The position numbers were made by a program, and so were the translations under genes. From Candidatus Eiseniibacteriota bacterium (lineage in GTDB: Bacteria > Eisenbacteria > RBG-16-71-46 > CAVPCR01), in contig CAWGMA010000001.1 in NCBI GenBank assembly GCA_963823555.1, positions 448,001 through 512,000 on the forward strand: a stretch of DNA of 64,000 nucleotides, in the 5' to 3' direction. Of this stretch, positions 30,101-41,594 are shown piece by piece; the stretch's first letter is position 1; every line of letters starts with the position of its first letter. The notes beneath the pieces are model-generated. The model was not told where the DNA came from, searched no databases, and was given only the letters and a program-made list of their open reading frames with translations.

Positions 30101-33100
30101 CGTGACGTTCGGGCCGGCGCAACCGACGCTCGGGCTCGCCGCAGTTCACGCTCGAGTGCTGGTTCCGGCGGGATGGGGCCGGTGCGACCGCGTCGACCGG
30201 GACCGGTGGCGTGACGGCGATCCCGCTCGTCACCAAGGGGAGAGGAGAGGCGGACGGCGACAACCGGGACATGAACTACTTCTTCGGCATCGACGGCACG
30301 AGTGCGGCCCTGGTCGCCGATTTCGAGGAGGGAAGTGGAGGCGCGAGCCCAGGGCTCAACCACCCGGTCGCCGGGATGACACCGATCGTCACCGGTCAGT
30401 GGTACCACGCGGCCGTGACCTATGACGGCACGACCTGGCGGCTCTACCTGAACGGGAATCTCGATCGCAGCCTCGCGGTGGGCGAGCCTCCGCGCTCGGA
30501 CTCGATCCAGCATGCGGCGCTGGGTTCGGCGCTCACCTCGACAGGTGCAGCCTCCGGCCACTTCGACGGCGTCCTCGATGAGGTGCGGATCTGGAACTTC
30601 GCACGCACCGAGGCCGAGATCCAGGCCACGATCAATGGCGAGATACCCGGCTCCCAGACCGGTCTCGTGGGGCGCTGGGGGCTCAACGAGGGCGCCGGGT
30701 CGACGGTGAGCTCGAGTGCAGGGACCACGATCGACGGGAACATCCTGAACTCCGGCTATTCCTGGCTCAGCCCGGGTGCTCCGTTCGACATCACCTTCGA
30801 CCCGCCGGATGCGCCGCCCAGCGATCTCACCGCCACCGCGGTCGCCTTCAACGAGATCGATCTCACCTGGACCGACAACGCGACTAACGAGTCCGGGTTC
30901 GAGGTCGAGCGCTCGACGGACGGAGGAACGACTTTCGCTCTGCTCACCACGGTGGCTGCCAATGCCGAGAGCTATGCCGACTTCGCGGTGGATCCGCTCA
31001 CCGAGTACTGCTACCAGGTGCGAGCGGTCAACGGCAACGGGGCCTCGACCTACTCGAACCAGGCCTGCGCCACGACGCCGGACATCGGGAACATCGGCCT
31101 CCACCTCGGCGGCACCAACGCCTACGTGACGTTCGGGCCGACCTCGACCCTGGGACTCGGCGAGTTCACGCTCGAGTGCTGGTTCCGGCGGGATGGCGAC
31201 GGCGTGACCACGAACACCGGCACCGACGGGGTCCTCGCCGTTCCGCTCGTCACCAAGGGCCGGGGCGAGAACGAGAACTCGAACGTCGACATGAACTACT
31301 TCCTCGGCATCCGCGGGTCGGACGGCGTCCTCTGCGCCGACTTCGAGGAGGGCTCCGGCGGCGCGAGCCCAGGCCAGAACCACCCCATTGTCGGCGTGAC
31401 GCCGGTCACGAGCGGCGTCTGGCATCACGCCGCGGCGACGTACGATGGCTCGACCTGGCGCCTCTACCTCGACGGTGCCCAAGAGGCCGAGCTCGCGGTC
31501 GGCCAGCCCCCGCGCTCCGACTCGATCCAGCACGCCGCCCTCGGCGGCGCGCTCAACTCGACCGGCGTGCCGGAAGGGTACTTCGACGGCGTCCTCGACG
31601 AGGTGCGGATCTGGAACGTCGCACGCATCACGGGTGAGATCCAGAACACGATCAACATCGAGATCACGGGGCCGGTAGCCGGGCTCGTCGCCCGCTGGGG
31701 TCTCAACGAGGGCATGGGCACGACGGTGAGCTCGAGCGCCGGGACGCCGGTCGACGGCACCATTCTTGGTTCCAACTGGGTCTGGACGGCGGGAGCCCCG
31801 CTCGATGCGAACCTGCCACCGGCGATCCCGGTCCTCAACGCACCCCCGCACATGGCGACCGGTGTGCCGCTGAGCCCCACCCTCGATGTGACGGTGACAG
31901 ATCCGGAAGACGATCCGCTCACGGTCACCTTCTTCGGCCGCCCGCGGGTGACGACAGCAGCTCCCGACTTCACGGTCGTGTTCCTGCCCGATACCCAGAA
32001 CTACACGGCGCAGCAGAACGGCGGATCGAACGCCATGTTCAAGGCGCAGACCGAGTGGGTCATCGCCAACCGGGAGGCGCGGAACCTCGTTCTTGCCCAC
32101 CAGCTCGGCGACTGCACCGAGCACGGTGACAATAACGGAGATCCGATCGAGTGGATGCGCGCCGACACGTCGATGACCATCCTCGAGCAGGTGTCCACGA
32201 GCCAGCCCGACGGGATGCCCTACGGGATCTGCGTCGGCAACCACGATCAGTCACCGAACGGCGATGCCGACGGCACGACCACCTTCTACAACCAGTACTT
32301 CGGGGAGTCGCGCTTCACCGGACGCGCCTACTACGGCGGCCACTACGGGGCGAACAATGACAACCACTACACGCTGTTCAGCGCGAGCGGGATGGATTTC
32401 ATCCTGGTGAGCCTCGAGTACGACACGTCGCCCGACGCCGCCGTCCTCGCCTGGGCCGATGATCTCCTCACCACACACAGCGATCGGCGCGCGATCGTGA
32501 CCAGCCACTACCTGATCGGTACGGGCAACCCGGGGAGCTTCGGTCCTCAGGGGCAGGCGATCTACGACGCGCTCAAGGACAACCCGAATCTCTTCCTGAT
32601 GGTGTGCGGCCATGTTCCGGGTGAAGGCCGTCGCACGGACACGTACAACGGGAGCACCGTCCACACGCTTCTTTCCGACTACCAGAGCCGGACGAACGGC
32701 GGCAACGGCTGGCTCCGGATCCTCGAATTCCGCCCCGGCCTGGATCAGATCGCCGTCTTCACCTACTCGCCGTGGCTCGACCAGTTCGAGGCCGACGCCG
32801 ATTCATCGAGCCAGTTCATCCTGCCCTACGCCATGGATCCGGCTCCCGACTGGGCGATGATCGGGACGTCGCAGGTGGTGGCGTCGGGAGGCAACGCCAC
32901 GGTCGAGTGGACCGGACTCGATCCCCTCACTGAGTACGAGTGGTATGCCACGGTGAGCGACGGCTCGCGCTCGCGGTCGAGCTCGATCTGGACCTTCACG
33001 ACCGGGAGCTCGGCGGTGCCGGCGCCGGTGACCGATCTCGCCGCGGCGCAGGTCACGGCCGGCAACGGCGGGGATGGCACGACCGCGATCACACTCAGCT

Positions 33101-34315
33101 TCACGGTGCCGCCGGAGGCCGCGACCGCCGAGGTCTATCGCGCCCCGTTCGGCGTGTATCCCGAGTACGACGACGGTGGGGGAGCGACCCCCGCCGTTCC
33201 CTCCTATCCGCCGGGTGCGCCCTGGGTGCTGACCGCGGTCAACTCGAGCGGCCAGACCGATGATCCGCCCGGCCGCGACTTCTGGCACTACGTCGTCTTC
33301 ACCAAGAACGCGTCGGGGGGGACATCCGCCGTATCCAACATCACGGGAGGAACGCTCAACTATCACCTGGGCGACGTGAGCGACGGTGCGACTCCGGGGC
33401 AGGGCGACAACCTGGTCGGCATGCCAGATGTGAGCCTGCTCGGGGATCACTACTTCGCAAGCCTCGATCCCGGTGATCCCTTCAACTACCTGGATGTGGG
33501 ACCCACCACCGACTACTCGGTCCACGGCCGGCCCACGACGGACAACGTCCTCAACTTCGAGGACCTGATGATGTTCGCCATCAACTATGGAGAGGTGGGG
33601 TTCACTGCGCCCGTGGCTCCGGAGGAGATGCCGGTCGCGAGGCCCGAACTCGTCCTGCGCACGGAGGCGACCGCTGACGGTCTCGTGGCGCGGATCTTCC
33701 TCGAGGCCCATGCCGGCAACGTGAAGGGCATCCGCGCGCGGCTCGACATCGATCCCGAGCTTGCTCTGGTGCAGGTCGAGATGGGGGATCTCCTCGCGGC
33801 GCAGGGAGAGCCGGTGACCTTCCATCCGCTTCCGGCTCCGGTGGTGGGGATCGATGCTGCGGTCCTCGGCCAGGGCTCCGCCATCGTTGGCTCGGGTGAG
33901 GTGGCGCGGATCCGGCTTCGGGGGCGCGGTGACGTACGCATCGTGGTCGCAGATCTGCGCGACCTCCACAACCGTTTCCTCGGCGACGAGCCACAGCCGG
34001 CGGGTGTGGGCGAAGCCCTCGCCGTTCCACTACCGGCGCGCTTCGACCTGCTCGCGGGGCAACCGAATCCGTTCAATCCATCGACCACGCTCCGCTTCCT
34101 CTTGCCCGAGGCGACCATGGTCAGTCTGCGGATCTATGACGTCAGCGGGCAGCTGGTGCGCACGCTCGTCGAGGGTGACTTCGCTCCCGGCGAACATGCG
34201 GCGGTGTGGGACGGACGGAACGGCCGTGGTGGTGTCGGTGGGATCCGGTGTCTATCTGGTGCGGCTCACAGCCGGGGGACACGAGTTCACTCGGAAGATC
34301 CAGCTCGTGAAGTAG
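27171..34315 (+). CDS. Giant secreted protein: 5 LamG-like + 3 FN3 + metallophosphoesterase + dockerin-like region + FlgD-Ig/T9SS-like CTD; frameshifts at ~30140 and ~34230
   Basis: Joins ORFs 27171-30425, 30211-34425 and the tail of 33854-34315; LPDTQ, HQLGDC, VGNHD, SHY and CGH phosphoesterase motifs intact; ends PNPFNPSTT..KIQLVK; paralog of 19809-24896. Confidence 0.88.
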
Positions 34316-34335
34316 AGCGCGGAGAGCGCGACCAG

Positions 34336-34371
34336 CGGGCGGGGGCACGGCGAAGACCGGCCCCCGCTCTT
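34336..34371. terminator. Hairpin between convergent genes
   Basis: GCGGGGGC...GCCCCCGC stem followed by TCTT. Confidence 0.4.
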
Positions 34372-34381
34372 GTCGTGTCGC

Positions 34382-35647
34382 TCACAGCTCGCGAATGCCG
34401 GCGAACTCGCGCTCGGGACGCGTGAGTTCGAACACGCCGTCCATCATCCCCCGATAGGCCTCGCTCAGCGTCGCACCTCGCCGGCGCATGACTTCCTGCA
34501 TGGTCTCGAGGGCGCGCATCGGATCGTGCAGCGAGAGCTTGGGGGGCGCTCCCCAGGCGAAGGACGGCACCCACTTGGTGGCCAGGACGGCGCTCCCGCC
34601 ATAGACGTTCGCCGCCACGCCGATCACCGTGCCGGTGTCGATGAGGGAGCCGATCCCGGTCTTCACATGATCTCCGATCATGGCGCCGACCTTCTGCTCG
34701 TTGGTGTCGACGAGCTGGCCGTCGCGCCACACCTTCACCGTCCCGTAGGTGTTCTTGAGGTCGGAGTTCGTGGTCATCGCGCCCAGGTTCACCCACTCAC
34801 CGACGAAGGCGTGACCGATGAACCCGTCATGGTACTTGTTCGAGTTGGCCTGAAAGATCGAGGCTTCGACCTCGCCCGCCACGCGGCAGCCGGGGCCGAG
34901 GGTGGTGCCCGCCCGGATCCGGCCGCCGAGGACCTGCGTGCGGGCGCCGATGGCGGCCGGACCCTCTAGCCGCGTGAGGCCGGCCACCCGGGCGCGACGC
35001 CCGAGGACAATGGGTCCGCCACGGAGATCGAGCACAGTGCCCGGCTCCACTTCCGCGTCGGGCGCCATGTGAATCGGGTGATCTCCGATCACATGCACGC
35101 CGGGTGGGAGTGCGGGGCTCGCCGCGGGGGGCAGCGTCTCCACGTCATGGTGGATGATCGCGCCGTTGGCGAGCACCAGCTCCCAGAGCTGCTCCGCGAT
35201 GTCCGCGGCGGCGACATGGCGCGGCAGACCCGCCACCATGCCGGGATCGAACAGGTAGCCGTTGGCATCGAGATTGTCCAGGAGACCGTTCCCGTCATCG
35301 TCGGGGATCCGTGCCGCGAGGAGCTCGTCACCGTTCCACCACGAGCCGGGACGGGGTTCGGAAGCGACGAGCGCGGCCAGGTCATGAGGAGCGAGCAGGC
35401 GTCCGTTGACGAGCACGAGGGATCCGCTGCCGCGCGGCAGCTCGTTGACGGGGCGCCCCGTCGCCTCCGCCAGGAGCGGGGCGAGATGGGGCCGGCAGAT
35501 GAGCGCCGCTTCTCCTCCGAAAGCCCGCTCGCAGCGCTCGCGCAGGCTCATGAGCCCGCAGAGGAGCTCGTAGACCGGGCGGGTATGGGATAACGGCGCG
35601 AAGTGCCGGTAGGCCATGTCTTCGAACACGATGAGCCGTTGCGTCAT
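34382..35647 (-). CDS. GlmU-like putative sugar nucleotidyltransferase with hexapeptide (LbH) C-terminus
   Basis: FAPLSHTRPVYELLCG, GEVEASIF..SNKYHDGFIGHA..GEWVNLGA.TTNSDLKNTY and K.GA.IGDHVKTGI motifs. Confidence 0.85.
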   Translation of the reverse strand: MTQRLIVFEDMAYRHFAPLSHTRPVYELLCGLMSLRERCERAFGGEAALICRPHLAPLLAEATGRPVNELPRGSGSLVLVNGRLLAPHDLAALVASEPRPGSWWNGDELLAARIPDDDGNGLLDNLDANGYLFDPGMVAGLPRHVAAADIAEQLWELVLANGAIIHHDVETLPPAASPALPPGVHVIGDHPIHMAPDAEVEPGTVLDLRGGPIVLGRRARVAGLTRLEGPAAIGARTQVLGGRIRAGTTLGPGCRVAGEVEASIFQANSNKYHDGFIGHAFVGEWVNLGAMTTNSDLKNTYGTVKVWRDGQLVDTNEQKVGAMIGDHVKTGIGSLIDTGTVIGVAANVYGGSAVLATKWVPSFAWGAPPKLSLHDPMRALETMQEVMRRRGATLSEAYRGMMDGVFELTRPEREFAGIREL

Positions 35648-35766
35648 GATCCCCTCCCTGTAATGAAGCGAGCGTTCCTGTGCGGGAATAGTAAGCTGCC
35701 CCCGCCGTCGCGGCAACGACGCGCCGTTCAGGCGCTGGAGGAGGTCCCCTCCGGGCGCGCGCCGGT

Positions 35767-35796
35767 TTGACAGGTGGCTGAACCTCCGCGTATCCT
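35767..35796 (+). promoter_or_regulatory. Sigma70-type promoter for the TPR gene
   Basis: TTGACA-18 bp-TATCCT. Confidence 0.55.
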
Positions 35797-35869
35797 CAAG
35801 TGCGCTTTATCTGGCCCTTTCCCCCAGGTTTGTTCCGGGATTCCCCGGAGATCCCAGGAGTGTTGTGCG

Positions 35870-36700
35870 ATGCTGTCCATCCGTTCGCTCCGTTCCGCCC
35901 TCGCTGTCCTCGTCTTCGCTGTGGTGGCCGCGGGGGTTGCTCAGGGTCAGGACTCAAACCCGACCGAGAAGGAGCCCACACCCGAGGAACAGGCGGCCAT
36001 CGACCAGAAGAGCGTCGAGATGGAGACCAGGCGCCGCGAGAACCTGCAGACGAGGGCGACCGATCCGCGCGAGCAAGAGATCGATCGGTTGCTCGCCGAG
36101 GTGGAGAAGTCTCCCAACGACTTCGATCTGCGCTACAAGCTGGGCAATGCCTATCATGAGGGCGGCCACCTGTTCTCGGCCCTCGGCGAGTTCGAAAAGG
36201 CAGTGGATATCGATCCCGCCCAGTCGCGCGCCTGGGTGAATCGTGGTGTTGTCCTGAAGGAGCTCGGACGCACCGAGGATGCGGAGGCGTCCTTCCGCCG
36301 GGCGGTGACCGCGAATCCGGAGGACGCTCTGGCGCATATCAACCTGGGGGATGTCCTGCTCACGCAGAAGGACTACCACGATGCCGTGGATGCCTATCGC
36401 ACGGCGATCCGCATCGACCCCGCCTTTCCCAATACCTACTACTCGCTGGCCATCGCCTTTGCCGAGTCGGGTCTCTATCGCGACGCCGCGCGCTCGTGGC
36501 GCCGGTGTGCCGAGCTCGCGGCTGGCGACCAGGGTGATCGGGGCACCGCGGACCGCGCTCTCGAGAACGCCAAGTTGATGGACGAGATCATCGCCGATGC
36601 CGAGAGGGAACTGGCGGAGCGCGAGGCCAAGCGACAGGAACTCCAGGGGTCGTCGGCTCAGCCGGCAGCATCCGGCTCGGAAGCGAAGAAGGGAAGCTGA
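35870..36700 (+). CDS. Exported TPR-repeat protein
   Basis: Signal peptide then about four TPRs (YKLGNAY, AWVNRGVVL, AHINLGDVL, YYSLAIAF); AGGAG RBS before ATG 35870. Confidence 0.85.
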   Translation: MLSIRSLRSALAVLVFAVVAAGVAQGQDSNPTEKEPTPEEQAAIDQKSVEMETRRRENLQTRATDPREQEIDRLLAEVEKSPNDFDLRYKLGNAYHEGGHLFSALGEFEKAVDIDPAQSRAWVNRGVVLKELGRTEDAEASFRRAVTANPEDALAHINLGDVLLTQKDYHDAVDAYRTAIRIDPAFPNTYYSLAIAFAESGLYRDAARSWRRCAELAAGDQGDRGTADRALENAKLMDEIIADAERELAEREAKRQELQGSSAQPAASGSEAKKGS

Positions 36701-36711
36701 GCCGTGAGTGA

Positions 36712-38100
36712 TCAGCGGATCAGGATGACCTTTCCCTCGGCAGCATTGTTTCCTGCGCTCAAGCGCAGGAAGTAGATTCCGGCCGGGACCACGCGTCCAT
36801 TGTCATCCCTCCCGTCCCACGCGGCATTCGTTCCTGTCACGGTGATCCGTCGCCGGAGATGACCGGCCGCGTCGAAGACGCGGAGCTCGGCTCCCGCGGC
36901 CAGCCCGGCCGGGACCTCGAGCAAACGGACCTCCGAGGTGAACGGGTTGGGAGCGGTCACGAGGTGGTGGTCGGTCGAAGGGCCGGGTGGCGCAGCCGCA
37001 TCCGGGGCCAGAACATGATAGGTGCCGTCGGCCGTGCCGACCCCGACCACGTGGTCGGCGAGCACGGGGTCCGACAGGTAGACTCCACCCGTGCCGGCCA
37101 GCGCGTTCTCGCCGACGATCCTCCCGGTCGACCTCTCGATCACGACGAGCCGGTTCGCCATATCCCCGACGACGATGTGGTCGCGCGCGAGGGCGGGCTG
37201 GCTGTAGCAGTCATTGCCGATCGGACGCTGCCAGAGGAGATCCCCGCCGGCGGCCGTCAGGGCCAGAACGGTGGCACCGGTCCCGGTTGCGGCATACACG
37301 ATGCCGCCGGCGACCACCGGTGAAGCGTAGGCCGGATCACCCGCGATCGGGTGCCGCCAGCGCTCCTTGCCGTCGGCATCGAAGGCCATGATGAGGTCGC
37401 GGGTCGCCACCACGACCTGATGGCCATCGCTCGCTGCCCCCGAGAGCAGTCGGCGCGGAAGTTCCACGGACCATACTTCATGACCGTCGGCCAGCGCGTA
37501 GGCATGAAGGCGACCGTCGGCGGCGCCGGCGATGACGAGGTCCTCGAGCAGAGCGGGGCGCGCCAGGGCCGGGCCGCCGGGCAGGCCATCTGCCGTACGC
37601 GGGAAGTCCACTTGCCAGAGCCGAGAGCCTGCGGTGTCGAAGGCGGCGAGCGCGTGCGTCGAGGCGGCGATGAACCCCCAGTCCACGGCGATCGGCGCGG
37701 CGAAGACGCCGCCGAGGCGGATGGCGAAGCGCGGCGCTCCGCTCGCGCGATCGAGCGCCACCAGATCGGGCATACCAGTGGGAGATACGCCGCCGACCAG
37801 AACCAGATCGCGGCACGTCATCGCGCAGCGCGGCGAGAGCGGAGCTACCCCGCGCCGCCACACCACGTCGCCGTCCTGCACCTGCCGGGCTTCGACGGCG
37901 TCGCTCGCCGGCAGGACGAGAATCCCGTCCGTGAGCGGGGCGCGCCACGTCGAGAGGGGCGCCTGACCCGCCTCCATGCGCCAAAGGGCGCGTAGCGGCA
38001 GGGTGAGATCCACCGCTGGATCGGCGGGTTCACCCGCGCCGGCGCCGGCACCGAACGCGATCGCGAACGCGATCAGGGCCGCGAGACGGAACGCACGCGC
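36712..38100 (-). CDS. PQQ-repeat (BamB-like) beta-propeller exoprotein with FlgD-Ig/T9SS-like CTD; start uncertain
   Basis: Repeated A.D..G...W blades; ends APNPF..VFDAAG..WDGRDDNG..PAGIYFLRL..KVILIR; in-frame signal-like FRLAALIAFAIAFGAGA lies upstream of the called GTG 38013. Confidence 0.78.
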   Translation of the reverse strand, partial: ARAFRLAALIAFAIAFGAGAGAGEPADPAVDLTLPLRALWRMEAGQAPLSTWRAPLTDGILVLPASDAVEARQVQDGDVVWRRGVAPLSPRCAMTCRDLVLVGGVSPTGMPDLVALDRASGAPRFAIRLGGVFAAPIAVDWGFIAASTHALAAFDTAGSRLWQVDFPRTADGLPGGPALARPALLEDLVIAGAADGRLHAYALADGHEVWSVELPRRLLSGAASDGHQVVVATRDLIMAFDADGKERWRHPIAGDPAYASPVVAGGIVYAATGTGATVLALTAAGGDLLWQRPIGNDCYSQPALARDHIVVGDMANRLVVIERSTGRIVGENALAGTGGVYLSDPVLADHVVGVGTADGTYHVLAPDAAAPPGPSTDHHLVTAPNPFTSEVRLLEVPAGLAAGAELRVFDAAGHLRRRITVTGTNAAWDGRDDNGRVVPAGIYFLRLSAGNNAAEGKVILIR

Positions 38101-38411
38101 TACGGCAATGCAATGGGTAAAGCCAAGTTCGCGGATCGCGCTCGCACCTCCTCCAGCCCACCGCGGATCACGAGCGCGACGACCACCGCCGCGGCGGAGG
38201 GCAGGATGGGGGTGAGGTGTGCAAGAAGGCGACCCCGTTCCCGGCGTGTCTTTTCCCGCAATACCGTTCCCGGCGAGGGGCGCCGGGCCACCGCCAAGCG
38301 GCTGGCATTCGGGCTCGTTCTCGCGGGTTGCGGCCCAGGCGCGCTCTTGATAGATTGACGCAACGCAAGTACACGCAACCGACTACGGCGAAAACGAGGA
38401 GAGGGAGCGCA

Positions 38412-39692
38412 ATGTCGGTCCAGGCCAAGCCCGAGCTCATCTATGACTGGAACATACGCGGCGGGGACGTCCGCGAATGGCCGCGCACCATCGAGTTCGT
38501 GGACGAATCGCTCCGCGACGGGTTGCAGTCGCCGTCGGTGATCGATCCATCCGTCGAGACCAAGATCGAACTGGTCCATCTCATGGATCGCCTGGGGGTG
38601 CAGGCGGTCGATGTCGGACTGCCCGGCGCCGGCCCGCGGCACGCGCAGTCCTGCGAGCATCTCGTCCGCGATATCGTTCAAACCAAGCTCAAGATCCGTC
38701 CCAACTGCGCCGCCCGGACGCTGATCAAGGACATCACGCCGATCATCGAGATCTCGGAGCGGGTCGGCATTCCGGTCGAGGCCTGCACCTTCATCGGCTC
38801 CAGTCCGATCCGGCAGTACGCCGAGGACTGGTCGATCGAGCGCCTGCTGCGGCATACCGAGGAAGCGGTGAGCTACGGGGTGAAACACGAGATCCCGGTC
38901 ATGTACGTGACCGAGGATACGACGCGCGCCCACCCCGAGACTCTGGCCAAGCTCTTCAAGGCCGCCATCCACGCCGGTGCCGGCCGACTCTGTCTGTGCG
39001 ATACGGTGGGTCATGTCACGCCGCGCGGCGTAGAGGCCTTGGTTCGCTTCGCACGCGATTTGATCGATGCCGAGAGCGCCGATGTCAAGCTCGACTGGCA
39101 CGGTCACAACGATCGCGGACTTGGCGTCATCAACTCGATCGTCGCCGTCCGCGCCGGTGTCGACAGGGTGCACGGTACGGGACTGGGGATCGGCGAGAGA
39201 GTCGGCAACACGCCGATCGATCAGCTCATGGTGAATCTCCGGCTCTTCGGCTGGATCAAGAACGATCTCTCGGCTCTGGGCGAGTACTGCCAAACGGTGT
39301 CACGAGCGGTCGGCGTGCCGATTCCGATCAACTACCCGATGGTCGGGCCGGACGCCTTCCGCACCGGGACCGGTGTCCATGCCGCGGCCGTGATCAAGGC
39401 TTTGCGCAAGGGCGATGTCTGGCTCGCCGACCTCGTCTATTCGGGAGTGCCGGCGCACTGGGTGGGTCTCGAGCAGAAGATCGAGATCGGTCCGATGTCC
39501 GGCGAGTCGAACGTCATCTTCTGGCTCGAGCGGCACGGTATCGCCGCCGATCCGGCGCTGGTCGCCCGCATCTTCGCTCAGGCCAAGGAGTCCGCGCGGA
39601 TCCTCGCGGACGAGGAGATTCGCCAGGTCCTGGCCGAGGCCGGGGTCGCGGTCAGCGCCAGCAAGCCGGCCGGCCCGAGTCCGGTCGAGTGA
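38412..39692 (+). CDS. 2-isopropylmalate/homocitrate synthase-like DRE-TIM enzyme lacking the allosteric domain
   Basis: DESLRDGLQS, EDTTRA, LCDTVG, HGHNDRG, GIGERVGN and TGVHAAA motifs; about 426 aa. Confidence 0.85.
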   Translation: MSVQAKPELIYDWNIRGGDVREWPRTIEFVDESLRDGLQSPSVIDPSVETKIELVHLMDRLGVQAVDVGLPGAGPRHAQSCEHLVRDIVQTKLKIRPNCAARTLIKDITPIIEISERVGIPVEACTFIGSSPIRQYAEDWSIERLLRHTEEAVSYGVKHEIPVMYVTEDTTRAHPETLAKLFKAAIHAGAGRLCLCDTVGHVTPRGVEALVRFARDLIDAESADVKLDWHGHNDRGLGVINSIVAVRAGVDRVHGTGLGIGERVGNTPIDQLMVNLRLFGWIKNDLSALGEYCQTVSRAVGVPIPINYPMVGPDAFRTGTGVHAAAVIKALRKGDVWLADLVYSGVPAHWVGLEQKIEIGPMSGESNVIFWLERHGIAADPALVARIFAQAKESARILADEEIRQVLAEAGVAVSASKPAGPSPVE

Positions 39693-39785
39693 GACGGCGG
39701 TCCGCACCGCTCGAGCTCGTGTTCCGCGCCCGGAGGTCCGGGCGCCATTGTCATCACGGTTTCGTGGAGTGAATGGGGGAGGACG

Positions 39786-40583
39786 ATGATCGCGATCGTC
39801 TGTATCAAGCAGGTGGCTGAGACGCCCAACCAGGTGGAGTGGGACCCGGCGACCCAGGTCCTCAACATCGACAAAGCGACCAAGATCCTGAATCCCTACG
39901 ACCAGTTCGCGGTGGAAGAAGCGATCCGGATGCGCGAGCAGGACGGAGGGAAGGTGGTGGTCCTCGCCATGGGGCCGGAGCGCACCAAGGAGGCGATGCG
40001 CGAGTGTCTGGCGATGGGAGCGGACGAGGCGGTGCTCCTCGATGATCCCGCCTTCGAGGGAGCGGACGGCCTGGCCACGGCGCGCGCCCTGGCCGCCGCC
40101 GTCAAGAAGATCGGCGAGTTCGACGTGATCCTCTGCGGCAAGCGGGCCATTGACGGCGAGATGCATCAGGTTGGCCCGCGACTCGCCGCCATGCTCGGCA
40201 TCCCCGTGATCTCGCTCGTCACCAAGGTGGTCGCCGTCGACTGGAAGGCGCGGACGGTGAAGGCCGAGCGCGTGATCGAGAAGGGGCGCGAGGTGCTGGA
40301 AGCCAGGCTGCCCCTGGTCCTGACCGCCGAGAAGGACATGAACCAGCCGCGATATCCTTCTCTCATCAACATCCGCAAGGCGGCGAAGAAGGACATCCCG
40401 ACCTGGAAACCCGCCGATCTCGGTCTCGACGCCGCAGCCATCGGTCGCAGCGGTTCGGGGGTGCGCGTCGGCGAGATCCAGATGCCGCCGGCGCGTTCGG
40501 CCGGTGAAGTGTTCACAGGCGACGTGGATCACGCCGTCGATCAGCTGGTCGAGCGGCTCGTCGGCACCAAGCTGATCGGCTAG
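39786..40583 (+). CDS. etfB: Electron transfer flavoprotein beta subunit
   Basis: VCIKQV, NPYDQFAVEEA, LAMGAD, GKRAIDG and NQPRYPS motifs. Confidence 0.95.
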   Translation: MIAIVCIKQVAETPNQVEWDPATQVLNIDKATKILNPYDQFAVEEAIRMREQDGGKVVVLAMGPERTKEAMRECLAMGADEAVLLDDPAFEGADGLATARALAAAVKKIGEFDVILCGKRAIDGEMHQVGPRLAAMLGIPVISLVTKVVAVDWKARTVKAERVIEKGREVLEARLPLVLTAEKDMNQPRYPSLINIRKAAKKDIPTWKPADLGLDAAAIGRSGSGVRVGEIQMPPARSAGEVFTGDVDHAVDQLVERLVGTKLIG

Positions 40584-40607
40584 GCCGGGACCGGGGGGAG
40601 TGGAGTC

Positions 40608-41594
40608 ATGAAGATTCTGGTCATCGCTGAGAGGGATGGGGAGAAGCTGGCCCCGATCACGTTCGAGCTCACCGGCAAGGCGCAGGCGCTGGCGGCGTCC
40701 GCCGGGGGCAAGGTGGATTGTCTCGTCTTCGGCGGCGGGGCCGCTGGTCTTGCGCCCGAGCTCTTCGCCCGCGGTGTCGACCGCGTGCTGGCAGCCGATC
40801 ACGCCGATCTGACTGAATACCGCTTCACGCCCTACGTGCGGATCGCCGCCGAGACCGTGAAGCGCGAAGGCCCGGATACGGTGCTCGTGCCCTCGACGCT
40901 ACGGGGCAAGGAGCTGGCGGCCGGACTCGCCGCACAGCTGGACCTTGGTCTCGCTGTGGACGTGGCGGCGATCGAGGCGGACGGTGGTGGTTTTCGCTTC
41001 ACGCGTCCGTGCTTCGGTGGCAACCGCACGGTTGACATCACCGCGGTCGCCAAGCCGGTGATCGCCGCGGTCAGGGCCAAGGCCTTCCCGGCTCCGTCCC
41101 CGGCCGAAGGCAAGAGCGGGGAAGTGGTCCAGATTTCTGCCGACCTGAAGCCCGAGGAGCGGGATCAGGTTCGCGTCATCGAGTTCATCGCCGGCGGCGG
41201 CGAGGGCGAGGTCAACCTGCAGGATGCCGAGATCGTGGTCTCCGGCGGCCGCGGCTTGCAGAAACCCGAGAACTTCTCGGTCGTTCGCGAGCTGGCGCAG
41301 AGCCTGGGGGCCGCGGTCGGTGCCTCTCGCGCGGTGGTCGATGCCGGCTGGATCCCCTACGCGCACCAGGTCGGACAGACCGGCCGCACCGTGACCCCGC
41401 GGCTCTACATCGCCGTCGGCATCTCGGGAGCGATCCAGCATCTCGCCGGCATGCGCAATTCGGACGTCATCGTCGCCATCAACAAGGATCCGGAGGCCCC
41501 GATCTTCAAGGTCGCCAACTACGGGATCGTGGGCGATCTCTTCGAGGTCATGCCCAAGCTGACGGCCAAGATCAAGGAACGGAACGCAGGCTAG
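40608..41594 (+). CDS. etfA: Electron transfer flavoprotein alpha subunit
   Basis: [25 protein letters not shown] and [12 protein letters not shown] motifs. Confidence 0.95.
   Translation: MKILVIAERDGEKLAPITFELTGKAQALAASAGGKVDCLVFGGGAAGLAPELFARGVDRVLAADHADLTEYRFTPYVRIAAETVKREGPDTVLVPSTLRGKELAAGLAAQLDLGLAVDVAAIEADGGGFRFTRPCFGGNRTVDITAVAKPVIAAVRAKAFPAPSPAEGKSGEVVQISADLKPEERDQVRVIEFIAGGGEGEVNLQDAEIVVSGGRGLQKPENFSVVRELAQSLGAAVGASRAVVDAGWIPYAHQVGQTGRTVTPRLYIAVGISGAIQHLAGMRNSDVIVAINKDPEAPIFKVANYGIVGDLFEVMPKLTAKIKERNAG

Noticed and set aside
38014..38160. Non-canonical start for the PQQ-propeller gene
   Set aside because: A signal peptide is encoded in frame without a start codon, but one missing base near 38092 would restore a GTG start; likely another indel error.
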